DNA of 13,524 nucleotides from a virus (Duplodnaviria; Heunggongvirae; Uroviricota; Caudoviricetes): IMG/VR virus record IMGVR_UViG_2534681938_000018, positions 1 to 13,524 of that record; one strand, 5' to 3'. Shown piece by piece: positions 1 to 7,159 of this stretch (position 1 is its first letter; each line of letters starts with the position of its first letter). The notes under the pieces were generated by a model. It saw only the letters and a program-made list of their open reading frames with translations, ran no database searches and was not told where the DNA came from. The position numbers and the translations under genes were made by a program.

Positions 1-1
1 G

Positions 2-136
2 CTGACGCATGCGGGTGTGTTAATGGACGATGAGCAGTTTGATGAAATCAATATCGTTCGTGGTCAGCCAGTATCTGGTGGACGTCTGGGGGTGAAGATT
101 TACCCCATAATGCTTGAAGGGCAGGTCAAAAAATGA
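2..136 (+). CDS. Hypothetical protein, C-terminal fragment (5' end outside window); stop TGA 134-136 overlaps next start as ATGA
   Basis: Open frame from window edge, ...LTHAGVLMDDEQFDEINIVRGQPVSGGRLGVKIYPIMLEGQVKK*; same strand as, and translationally coupled to, the following small ORFs. No family recognised. Confidence 0.3.
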   Translation: MTHAGVLMDDEQFDEINIVRGQPVSGGRLGVKIYPIMLEGQVKK

Positions 137-309
137 AACTGGAAGATTTACCGAAATACTACTCCCCAAAATCCCCCGGCCTGACTGATGCATCGGCCTC
201 AACGTCGAAAGATTCGCTGAGTATCACTGATGTGATGGCCGCGCAGGGCATGACACAGAATTGGGCTGAGATGGGGGTTTTCTGCGTTCCTTGGGAAAAT
301 GGGCATTAG
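133..309 (+). CDS. Hypothetical small protein (58 aa)
   Basis: ATG 133 overlaps the previous stop (ATGA); MKLEDLPKYYSPKSPGLTDASAS...; below the 60-aa cutoff of the ORF track; part of a chain of coupled small ORFs typical of phage accessory regions. Confidence 0.3.
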   Translation: MKLEDLPKYYSPKSPGLTDASASTSKDSLSITDVMAAQGMTQNWAEMGVFCVPWENGH

Positions 310-589
310 TATGAATGACAGAGAGCGGGCAACAGAATTGCTGACAGAATATGCACTCAGTCGGTGTGATCGCGTGGCGGCGTTTAGAAAACTCCCGGCA
401 GAAATAAAACCGGCAGTGATGCGTATTATGGCTTCGTATGCGATTGAAGATTATGCCCGTAGCGCGGCGAGCAAAAAACAGTGGCCCTGTTGTCACGGAA
501 AAAAATTTATTGAAAGCGAGGTTTTTACAAACAAGATCCAGTATCCGGATGGTAGCCGCCAGTGTGGGCAAAGTGCACAAAAGGCGTAG
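299..589 (+). CDS. Hypothetical phage protein (96 aa)
   Basis: ORF-track ORF; start overlaps the stop of the preceding ORF; no recognisable domain. An alternative start at ATG 311 is possible. Confidence 0.35.
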   Translation: MGISMNDRERATELLTEYALSRCDRVAAFRKLPAEIKPAVMRIMASYAIEDYARSAASKKQWPCCHGKKFIESEVFTNKIQYPDGSRQCGQSAQKA

Positions 590-609
590 TATCCGTCTTA
601 CTGGGAGGA

Positions 610-816
610 ATGGAAAAAAGTCAGGGAGGTGGTAAAGTTGCCTGTCCGGAGTGTGGAGGGAAGGGGGAGGTTTCCACCGCCTGTAAAGATTGTCGTGGGC
701 GCGGTGTTGCCATTCATCGTGAAGAGTCGGTAAAACGTGGTATGCCTGTTATCAGAGACTGCCAGCGTTGTGGTGGTCGTGGCTATGAAAAGATTACCTT
801 CAACGGAGGCATTTAA
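610..816 (+). CDS. Small DnaJ-type zinc-finger protein (CxxCxGxG repeats)
   Basis: Translation contains CPECGGKG, CKDCRGRG and CQRCGGRG, the CxxCxGxG motif of the DnaJ central cysteine-rich domain. Start chosen at ATG 610 after GGGAGG (spacing is short); the track ORF begins at 562. Confidence 0.5.
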   Translation: MEKSQGGGKVACPECGGKGEVSTACKDCRGRGVAIHREESVKRGMPVIRDCQRCGGRGYEKITFNGGI

Positions 817-955
817 TGCCATATGTAATGTAACCGATGCCATATCTCTTGATACATGGAAAAAAACAGTTAAACGTTTTTACGATACGCTGGTGGTGCA
901 GTTTGATATTGAAGAAGCATGGGCAGAACAACAACTGAAAAAGGTGACCAGATAG
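785..955 (+). CDS. Hypothetical small protein (56 aa), weak call
   Basis: In-frame ATG inside track ORF 737..955; overlaps the 3' end of the zinc-finger gene; no clear Shine-Dalgarno. Confidence 0.2.
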   Translation: MKRLPSTEAFNAICNVTDAISLDTWKKTVKRFYDTLVVQFDIEEAWAEQQLKKVTR

Positions 956-1035
956 CTTTGTTGATTTTTCCCGAATCTGTGGTAAATTTGCCCTAACGAT
1001 GGGCGTTTTATGCCTGACGTTAGAAGATTTTTTAC

Positions 1036-1059
1036 ACCCGTCGCCAGGCGGGTTTTTTT
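1036..1059 (+). terminator. Putative rho-independent terminator
   Basis: Stem ACCCG / CGGGT (1036-1040 / 1049-1053), 8-nt loop, followed by a T7 run, downstream of the small-ORF cluster. Confidence 0.4.
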
Positions 1060-1104
1060 ATGACTGAAATCACGCCAGTACAGTAAACGCGCTGGTGGTT
1101 GTGA

Positions 1105-1554
1105 ATACCGGTCTTTCAGCTTGCTGGCTTTTTCGACAAGAGTTATTGGTGTGTCACGTTAACCGGAAAAGGAAAGTTTGAGAAACGCGATCTGGCACAG
1201 GCGGTTATTAATGCTGCCTACCTGGTGGCCTGTGCAGATGGTGAATGTGAGGCTTCCTAGAAAGCGAAGATCGAACAGGTACTGCGTAATCAGCCTGCGC
1301 TGTCCGCGTTTACGTCAGAAATTAATGCGATTAGCGCAACCATTATCGGTCAGCTGGATACGAACTTTAAAACTGGTCGTCGTGCGGCGTTACGTGAGAT
1401 CGAGGATGTGAAACACGATACGCGTGAAGCGGAAGATGTGCTGGATGTGGCGGTGGCCATTGCGGAGGCAGACGGCGAAATTGAGCCGGAAGAGCGCAAG
1501 GTGCTGGAAGAGATTGCCGGTGTTCTGGGTCTTCGTCTTGAGAATCACCTGTGA
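1105..1554 (+). pseudogene. TerB-like (tellurite-resistance TerB family) gene remnant: no start codon, in-frame amber stop at 1258-1260
   Basis: One frame reads ...KRDLAQAVINAAYLVACADGECEAS*KAKIEQVLRNQPALSAF...VAIAEADGEIEPEERKVLEEIAGVLGLRLENHL*, with two ADG-x5-E repeats as in TerB domains. The frame opens after TGA at 1102 with no in-frame ATG, and is broken by TAG at 1258-1260. Confidence 0.5.
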
Positions 1555-1682
1555 CGGTAAAACTGCGCCTGGCTGTGGCTGCACTCCTGCTGTTTCTGGT
1601 GGTGATGGTGGATTTCACCAGCAGAATCATGTCGGTGCTGGCGGATGGGGTGCTGGTCTGCGGCATTGTGGTATTGCTGTAG
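1551..1682 (+). CDS. Possible small hydrophobic peptide (43 aa, GTG start), weak call
   Basis: GTG overlapping the TerB-like stop (GTGA); translation VTVKLRLAVAALLLFLVVMVDFTSRIMSVLADGVLVCGIVVLL is almost entirely hydrophobic; no Shine-Dalgarno. Confidence 0.2.
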   Translation: MTVKLRLAVAALLLFLVVMVDFTSRIMSVLADGVLVCGIVVLL

Positions 1683-1883
1683 CCGGTGATAAAAAGAAAC
1701 AGCCTGCATAATGCTTGATTTTTTTATTTGCTGTTTATTAAAAATACTACTGCATGGTGAATCCCCTGTGCGGAGGGGCAATCAGCAGCCAGGTATATGT
1801 GATAATCGCGGATTCAGGTGCTGATACTGAATTCACCGGGAGGCACCCGGCACCATGCAAGAAAAAGAATGTGCATGCAAACA

Positions 1884-1909
1884 TGCCCCTCTCCGGAGGG
1901 GCATTTTTT
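1884..1909 (+). terminator. Rho-independent terminator (+ strand)
   Basis: Perfect 8-bp GC-rich stem TGCCCCTC / GAGGGGCA with 4-nt loop (TCCG), followed by TTTTTT. Confidence 0.5.
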
Positions 1910-1922
1910 ATGGGTAAAAAAT

Positions 1923-1940
1923 GCCCGAATGGGTTCGGGC
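1923..1940 (-). terminator. Hairpin acting as a minus-strand terminator; forms a back-to-back pair with 1884-1909
   Basis: Stem GCCCGAA / TTCGGGC with loop TGGG; on the minus strand it is followed by ATTTTTTA (complement of 1915-1922). Confidence 0.35.
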
Positions 1941-2036
1941 AATAGCATGAGATACTGATATTGTTGTGTTGTTATCGTGTGGATTTTAACCAGGGTTTAT
2001 CAGGCTGCGCAACTGCGTGGCCTTTTTTCATTTCTT

Positions 2037-2081
2037 GGGCTGTAGTCCCCGTGTGTCATTCAGGCTTCCGGACTACAGCCC
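2037..2081. repeat. Perfect 12-bp inverted repeat (GGGCTGTAGTCC ... GGACTACAGCCC) with 21-bp spacer, in the nanS-p leader
   Basis: Read directly: arms at 2037-2048 and 2070-2081 are exact reverse complements; about 45 bp upstream of the nanS-p ribosome-binding site. Confidence 0.6.
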
Positions 2082-2124
2082 ACTCCATATCTGATTTAAT
2101 ACACTATCCCGGCCGGGAGGAATA

Positions 2125-3978
2125 ATGACATTTAAACATTATGATGTTGTCAGGGCGGCGTCGCCGTTCAGACCTTGCGGAAAAGCTGACACACAAACTG
2201 AAAGAGGGCTGGCAGCCGTTTGGTAGTCCGGTGGCCATAACCCCTTATACCCTGATGCAGGCGATTACAGCAGAAGGTGATGTGGTGGTCAGTGGTGCAA
2301 CTGAGCCGGATTGGTACTACGTCATCGTACTGGCCGGGCAGTCCAATGCCATGGCTTACGGTGAAGGGCTTCCGCTGCCGGATTCATACGATGCTCCGGA
2401 TCCGCGCATTAAACAGCTGGCGCGCCGCAGTACAGTGACGCCGGGTGGGGCTGCCTGCAGATATAACGATATTATTCCGGCCGACCACTGCCTGCATGAT
2501 GTGCAGGATATGAGTACGCTGAATCATCCGAAGGCAGACCTGAGCAAAGGGCAGTACGGCTGTGTCGGCCAGGGCTTACATATTGCCAAAAAACTGCTTC
2601 CGTATATCCCGAATAACGCGGGGATCCTGCTGGTACCATGCTGTCGTGGTGGTTCGGCATTTACCCAGGGCGCGGAGGGGACATTCAGTGCGGACACGGG
2701 GGCCAGCCAGGATTCGGCGCGCTGGGGTGTGGGTAAACCGTTATATCAGGACCTGATTGCGCGCACCAAAGCTGCATTACAGAAGAACCCGAAAAATGTG
2801 TTGCTGGCGGTGTGCTGGATGCAGGGAGAGTTTGACATGAGCGCCGCCACCCACGCACAGCAACCTGCGCTGTTTACAGCCATGCTGACACAGTTTCGTG
2901 CTGACCTCTCCGTGTTTAACGCGCAGTGCCATGGTGGCAGTGCTGCAGATGTGCCGTGGATTTGTGGTGACACGACGTATTACTGGAAAAATACATACGC
3001 TACCCAGTACGACACCGTGTACGGCGGGTATAAAAACAGGGAGAGTGAGGGCGTTTATTTTGTGCCCTTCATGACAGACGGTAACGGCGTCAATACCGCC
3101 ACTAACGCGCCGGCAGAAGATCCGGATATTCCGGCATCAGGATATTACGGTGCGGCATCGAGAACGAATGGAAACCAGGTATCATCAAACCGCCCGACAC
3201 ATTTCAGTTCATGGGCGCGCAGGAGCATTATTCCGGATCGTCTGGCAACCGCTATTCTGAACGCAGCCGGGCGCACCTCAGCCTTCATCAGTGGTAAGGC
3301 ACCGGAAATCAAACCCTCGCCCGGCGGCAACACGCCATCGGGTCCGTCTGCAGATACGTCCGTTCGCACAATCTCCCTGCTGCCGGCAGCCGGAGAGGCT
3401 GCTGCGCAGGGCTGGAGCATTAAGGATGGCGGAATTCAGTTGTCAGATGGTGTATTTAAGATCACCAAGCAGAGCAATAAAACCTGGTCCCTGACGCATC
3501 CGGTGGATGACGCAATTACCCTGCTGACACAGGGCGGCAGACTGACCTGTAAGTTCCGCCTGTCAGGCGCACTGACAACAATCAGTTCGGGCTGGGGATT
3601 TATCTGTATACGGATGCTCCCGTTCCTGATGGTGTGGCGATGACGGGTACCGGTAATCCGTTCCTGATGTCGTACTTCACTCAGACCACTGACGGCAGAG
3701 TGAATCTGATGCATCACAGGAAAGCCGGAAACACGAAGCTGGGGGAGTTCGGCGATTACGGTAACGACTGGCAGACGCTGGAGCTGGTGTTCACCGCCGG
3801 CAGTGCCACGGTTACTCCGAAACTGAATGGAGTGGCTGGCCCGGCATTCCAGGTTATAAAAGACAGTCTGACACTGGGACTGAATGCGCTGACGCTGACG
3901 GATGTTACAAAAAATGCAGCGTATGGCGTTGAGATAGAAAGTCTGGTGCTGGAGATAAATGCACCGGCATCATCATAA
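2125..3978 (+). pseudogene. nanS: Prophage sialate O-acetylesterase (NanS-p family, SGNH/SASA esterase), apparently disrupted by two single-base frameshifts
   Basis: Strong SD (GGAGG) and ATG at 2125 give MTFKHYDVVRAASP, then the frame shifts into the 500-aa ORF 2141..3643 (LAGQSNAMAYGEG esterase motif), then again near 3599-3601 into ORF 3634..3978. Total span about 618 codons, matching prophage NanS-p esterases of EHEC Stx-type phages. Both shifts lie in short T runs (2167-2168; 3599-3601). Confidence 0.7.
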
Positions 3979-4063
3979 AAAGTGAGCCAGTCAAATGGAA
4001 GGTATCGTTAAACTCACCGGTAGTGTCAGTGGGTCGTCTGAGACGCCTGCATGAGTTATCAGA

Positions 4064-4092
4064 GCCATCAGTAGTTAACTGGTGGCTTTTTT
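4064..4092 (+). terminator. Terminator-like hairpin between nanS-p and the holin
   Basis: Stem GCCATCAG / CTGGTGGC (one mismatch), 7-nt loop, followed by TTTTTT at 4087-4092. Confidence 0.35.
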
Positions 4093-4127
4093 ATTGTTGT
4101 CAGCTTCCGGATAACGGGAGACGGGGT

Positions 4128-4343
4128 ATGTACCAGATGGAAAAAATCACAACGGGTGTGTCATACACCACGTCAGCGGTGGGGACGGGATACTGGTTAC
4201 TGCAGCTGCTGGACAAAGTCTCTCCGTCCCAGTGGGTGGCGATAGGTGTGCTGGGGAGTCTGCTGTTTGGCCTGCTGACGTATCTTACTAACCTGTATTT
4301 CAAAATCAGAGAGGACCGTCGTAAGGCGGCGCGGGGAGAGTAG
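4128..4343 (+). CDS. S: Class II holin, phage 21 S-type (71 aa), with dual-start motif (Met1, Met4)
   Basis: [71 protein letters not shown] closely resembles the S21 holin (...[14 protein letters not shown]...[20 protein letters not shown]); SD GGGAG 7 nt upstream of ATG 4128. Confidence 0.85.
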   Translation: MYQMEKITTGVSYTTSAVGTGYWLLQLLDKVSPSQWVAIGVLGSLLFGLLTYLTNLYFKIREDRRKAARGE

Positions 4344-4346
4344 ACG

Positions 4347-5138
4347 ATGAATAAACAATACGAACTGGTTGTTAAAGGGATAAATATTTACCCGGATAAG
4401 ATTACTGTTACTGTGGCGCTGGAAACTGGTGGGTATACGTCACTGTTGTTGCCAAATGTGGTGATTGATCTTGATCGTGTTGAAGGTGCCCCGCTGGAGT
4501 TTTACGAAGCTGAGGCGAAAAAGAAGGCGAAGCAGTTTTTCATGGATATTGCTGCCGGGTTATGTGAAGGGAACGAACCGTTGCCGGAAAAGCGCCTCTG
4601 TTCAGAAGAGCGGTATACCATACAAATTAACAATGCATATAACACGATACAGTCAGAAAAAGATGATATCGAATCACGCATTGAAAAACTGGAGAACAGC
4701 GTCGTTGAACTGAATAAAAAACTGTCGGTGCAGATCCCTTCCGAAGGTGAAAAAAAACGCCGTGATGAGCAGTTCGCGGCGTTTTACGATTATTGCCGGA
4801 AAGTGATGAGCAGAAATCTCGCAGAGTGTTTCCGTATTCAAAAAAACAGAGAGCGCTCTGCAAATAGTGAGATTCTGGATAATTTTTTAAAGGGGACGCA
4901 TCTCGCCAGTGATTGTTTCATTGCTCATTCTTTTGGTGGCTTTCATGAGGCCATCAAACATGATGTTGAGAGAAGTCCAGGTATCCTCTGTTCCATTCCC
5001 GTAAGCATCGAAATAGACACAAATACGATAACCGGTGAACTCGTTACCGCCGGAGTCGGTATATTCCGTCATGAGGGGAACGATGCCAAAGGTTCCTTTA
5101 CAAAAATCGGGCCGTTCTTTCTGAAGGTAGAGCGATAG
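4347..5138 (+). CDS. Hypothetical protein with coiled-coil segment, coupled to the holin; no recognisable homology. The last 84 codons (4887-5138) are antisense to the next gene, so the 3' end is uncertain.
   Basis: ATG 4347 lies 3 nt after the holin stop with SD GGAGAG; AT-rich codon usage unlike flanking phage genes; ...ESRIEKLENSVVELNKKLS... is coiled-coil-like. Alternative frames would end the gene at 4890 or 4912. Confidence 0.45.
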   Translation: MNKQYELVVKGINIYPDKITVTVALETGGYTSLLLPNVVIDLDRVEGAPLEFYEAEAKKKAKQFFMDIAAGLCEGNEPLPEKRLCSEERYTIQINNAYNTIQSEKDDIESRIEKLENSVVELNKKLSVQIPSEGEKKRRDEQFAAFYDYCRKVMSRNLAECFRIQKNRERSANSEILDNFLKGTHLASDCFIAHSFGGFHEAIKHDVERSPGILCSIPVSIEIDTNTITGELVTAGVGIFRHEGNDAKGSFTKIGPFFLKVER

Positions 5139-5519
5139 TTTGTTAAGTACCCATCCGACAGCTCGCTCATTTTGGTTTATTTTCGTATCGCGAAACAAAA
5201 ATTCGAAGCGGCCAGATGACGCATGGGTGCAACCAAATACCGGGGCGTATTCATCAACCTTTGGTGTTCCTGAAAACATGCAGTCCGTGCTCTCGAATGC
5301 AGATGAATTGCTGTTGATCCACTTAACAAAAGAAAAAAAGGTCTGAATCGCTTGTCTGTCTGAATATTCAACAAAATCCTCAAGGTGTGTCTCGATCAGT
5401 TCCGGGTGTTTACGAAAGTCATAATATTGACCGGGACGATATTTATGAGTGGTTGTTTTATCCCATGGTTGTGCTCTGCGTCCCTGTAAACGGAGGTCTG
5501 CCGCTGGATAGATAAGCAT
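4887..5519 (-). CDS. Hypothetical protein (210 aa), convergent with 4347 gene; no recognisable homology
   Basis: ATG at 5519 on the minus strand preceded by GGAG (complement of 5527-5530); coding-like codon usage throughout (MLIYPAADLRLQGRRAQPWDKTTTHKYRPGQYYDFRKHPELIETHLEDF...); track ORF 4887..5588 trimmed to this start. Confidence 0.5.
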   Translation of the reverse strand: MLIYPAADLRLQGRRAQPWDKTTTHKYRPGQYYDFRKHPELIETHLEDFVEYSDRQAIQTFFSFVKWINSNSSAFESTDCMFSGTPKVDEYAPVFGCTHASSGRFEFLFRDTKINQNERAVGWVLNKLSLYLQKERPDFCKGTFGIVPLMTEYTDSGGNEFTGYRICVYFDAYGNGTEDTWTSLNIMFDGLMKATKRMSNETITGEMRPL

Positions 5520-5574
5520 AAGTAATCTCCTGGTGGAATGTAATCCACGATCATCCGGGGAAATTAAGAACCCG

Positions 5575-5595
5575 CCAGTGCCCACCACTGGTGGG
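5575..5595. promoter_or_regulatory. Nested palindrome CCAGTG-CCCACCA-C-TGGTGGG in the divergent intergenic region; candidate operator or RNA hairpin
   Basis: CCCACCA (5581-5587) / TGGTGGG (5589-5595) are reverse complements around one central base, with CCAGTG / CACTGG overlapping; lies between the minus-strand gene start (5519) and the endolysin start (5650). Confidence 0.3.
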
Positions 5596-5649
5596 GTGAA
5601 GGCTTAACATATCCAGGGATTCGGAACCGATAAATCCTGATAAATATCC

Positions 5650-6183
5650 ATGAACACCAAAATCAAATACGGCCTGTCGGCTGCCGTTCTGGCGCTGATT
5701 GGTGCAGGTGCTTCTGCGCCTGATATTCTCGACCAGTTTCTGGATGAAAAAGAAGGTAACCACACCACGGCATACCGTGATGGTGCGGGTATCTGGACCA
5801 TTTGTCGTGGTGCCACCAGGGTGGATGGCAAACCTGTCGTCCCGGGCATGAAGTTGTCGAAGAAAAAATGCGACCAGGTTAACGCCATTGAGCGTGATAA
5901 GGCGCTGGCATGGGTGGAGAAAAACATCAAAGTGCCACTGACTGAACCCCAGAAAGCGGGTATTGCGTCATTCTGTCCTTACAACATTGGCCCCGGTAAG
6001 TGTTTCCCGTCGACGTTTTATAAACGAATTAATGCAGGCGATCGCAGAGGAGCGTGTGAAGCGATTCGCTGGTGGATTAAGGACGGTGGCAGAGACTGCC
6101 GTATCCGCTCAAATAACTGTTATGGTCAGGTATCCCGTCGTGACCAGGAGAGCGCGCTGGCGTGCTGGGGAATCGACAGATAA
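5650..6183 (+). CDS. R: SAR endolysin (phage lysozyme, glycoside hydrolase family 24; 177 aa)
   Basis: N-terminal Gly/Ala-rich signal-anchor-release segment (KYGLSAAVLALIGAGASAP) followed by a lysozyme-like domain (TAYRDGAGIWTICRGAT...) of the type seen in phage 21 R and Stx-phage R; sits in the expected lysis-cassette position. Confidence 0.85.
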   Translation: MNTKIKYGLSAAVLALIGAGASAPDILDQFLDEKEGNHTTAYRDGAGIWTICRGATRVDGKPVVPGMKLSKKKCDQVNAIERDKALAWVEKNIKVPLTEPQKAGIASFCPYNIGPGKCFPSTFYKRINAGDRRGACEAIRWWIKDGGRDCRIRSNNCYGQVSRRDQESALACWGIDR

Positions 6184-6273
6184 GCCGAATATTTTGCTGA
6201 AAAATGACGTTGGCCAACGCGGACGGATAACACGAAATCCTGCGAACTGGCAAAACCTAAGTGAATAAAAGTA

Positions 6274-6306
6274 AAAACCCCGTTTGTTGGCAGCAAGCGG
6301 GGTTTT
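6274..6306 (+). terminator. Hairpin with T-rich tail downstream of the endolysin
   Basis: AAAACCCCG (6274-6282) pairs with CGGGGTTTT (6298-6306) around a 15-nt loop, followed by GTGTTT. Confidence 0.35.
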
Positions 6307-6342
6307 GTGTTTCCTGACTTCGGAAAAGTCAAAGGAGAAAGT

Positions 6343-6480
6343 GTGTTTGATTTTAGCAAACTGATTCGGGAGATTCGAGTGATGGCTGAAAAATTATCCA
6401 CCTGGAAGTTCATCCTTATCTGGCTGGTGTTTGTGATTATGGCCTCCGGTTATTTCATCGGTCAGATACGCTGGTGGTGA
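6343..6480 (+). CDS. Small single-pass membrane protein (45 aa) between endolysin and Rz, coupled to Rz
   Basis: SD AGGAG (6333-6337) 5 nt before GTG 6343 (alternative ATG 6382); [45 protein letters not shown] contains one hydrophobic helix; stop TGA 6478-6480 lies 1 nt before the Rz ATG. Confidence 0.3.
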   Translation: MFDFSKLIREIRVMAEKLSTWKFILIWLVFVIMASGYFIGQIRWW

Positions 6481-6481
6481 A

Positions 6482-7105
6482 ATGAACCGCGTTCTGTGTG
6501 TGGTCATCATTGCCCTGCTGGTGGCCTGTGGTGCGCTTAGTCTGGGGCTGAATCATTACCGCGATAACGCCATCACCTACAAAGCGCAGCGCGATAAAAA
6601 AGCCAGAGAGCTGGAGCAGGCAAACGCAACCATTACTGATATGCAGGTGCGCCAGCGCGATGTTGCTGCGCTCGATGCAAAATACTCGAGGGAATTAGCC
6701 GATGCGAGAGCTGAAAATGAAACTCTGCGTGCTGATGTTGCCGCTGGTCGTAAGCGCCTGCGGATCAACGCCACCTGCTCCGGTACCGTGCGTGAAGCCA
6801 CCGGCACCTCCGGCGTGGATAATGCAACCGGCCCCCGACTGGCAGACACCGCTGAACGGGATTATTTCATCCTCAGAGAACGGTTGATGACAATGCAGAA
6901 GCAGCTGGAAGGGGCGACAGGACTATATCCGCACTCAGTGCCTGAACTAAGTTTTGCTGATGCGCCGTATCGTCGCTGTATTCCCTCATTAACAGAGACC
7001 GCAGCCCGACAGGGAGACTCCTCTGCGCGAGTGTGCGGGGATAATCAAAAACGATACACACCGGGGTTTACCGCGTTAACGGAGCGCGGCGTTGTCCCCT
7101 CATAG
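6482..7105 (+). CDS. Rz: Rz i-spanin; C-terminus altered by an apparent +1 frameshift in a G4 run (6911-6914). An intact reading would end at 6949.
   Basis: N-terminal 140 aa align with lambda Rz ([16 protein letters not shown]...DVAALDAKY...VAAGR.RL...[22 protein letters not shown]). After QLEG the annotated frame diverges, while the +1 frame reads [11 protein letters not shown], resembling the lambda Rz C-terminus TQKYINEQCR*. Confidence 0.8.
   Translation: MNRVLCVVIIALLVACGALSLGLNHYRDNAITYKAQRDKKARELEQANATITDMQVRQRDVAALDAKYSRELADARAENETLRADVAAGRKRLRINATCSGTVREATGTSGVDNATGPRLADTAERDYFILRERLMTMQKQLEGATGLYPHSVPELSFADAPYRRCIPSLTETAARQGDSSARVCGDNQKRYTPGFTALTERGVVPS
6702..6887 (+). CDS. Rz1: Rz1 o-spanin (outer-membrane lipoprotein), embedded in the +1 frame of Rz
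   Basis: [22 protein letters not shown]...[32 protein letters not shown] matches lambda Rz1 (lipobox LVVSAC, proline-rich body, ...[10 protein letters not shown]...). Confidence 0.8.
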   Translation: MRELKMKLCVLMLPLVVSACGSTPPAPVPCVKPPAPPAWIMQPAPDWQTPLNGIISSSENG

Positions 7106-7159
7106 TCGCTGGTCCGGTGCGATGGTGGAAGAAACTGGATTTGCTGCAACTGATAACCA

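Noticed and set aside
20-580. Minus-strand ORFs 20..202 and 224..580
   Set aside because: Antisense to a coupled chain of plus-strand small genes; no start signals; probably spurious.
1178-1945. Track ORFs 1178..1411, 1367..1666, 1390..1584, 1424..1711, 1545..1781, 1754..1945
   Set aside because: All are alternative frames across the TerB-like remnant or run through terminator hairpins in the non-coding segment; none shows coding features.
4465-4863. Internal ORFs 4465..4713 (plus) and 4627..4863 (minus) within the novel plus-strand gene
   Set aside because: Off-frame or antisense to a gene with a good SD and coherent codon usage.
5604-6413. ORFs overlapping the endolysin and the R-Rz spacer (5604..5930 minus, 5963..6268 plus, 6126..6413 minus)
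   Set aside because: They overlap the well-supported endolysin in other frames; 6126..6413 does not resemble the Bor lipoprotein that lambda carries on the minus strand near this region.
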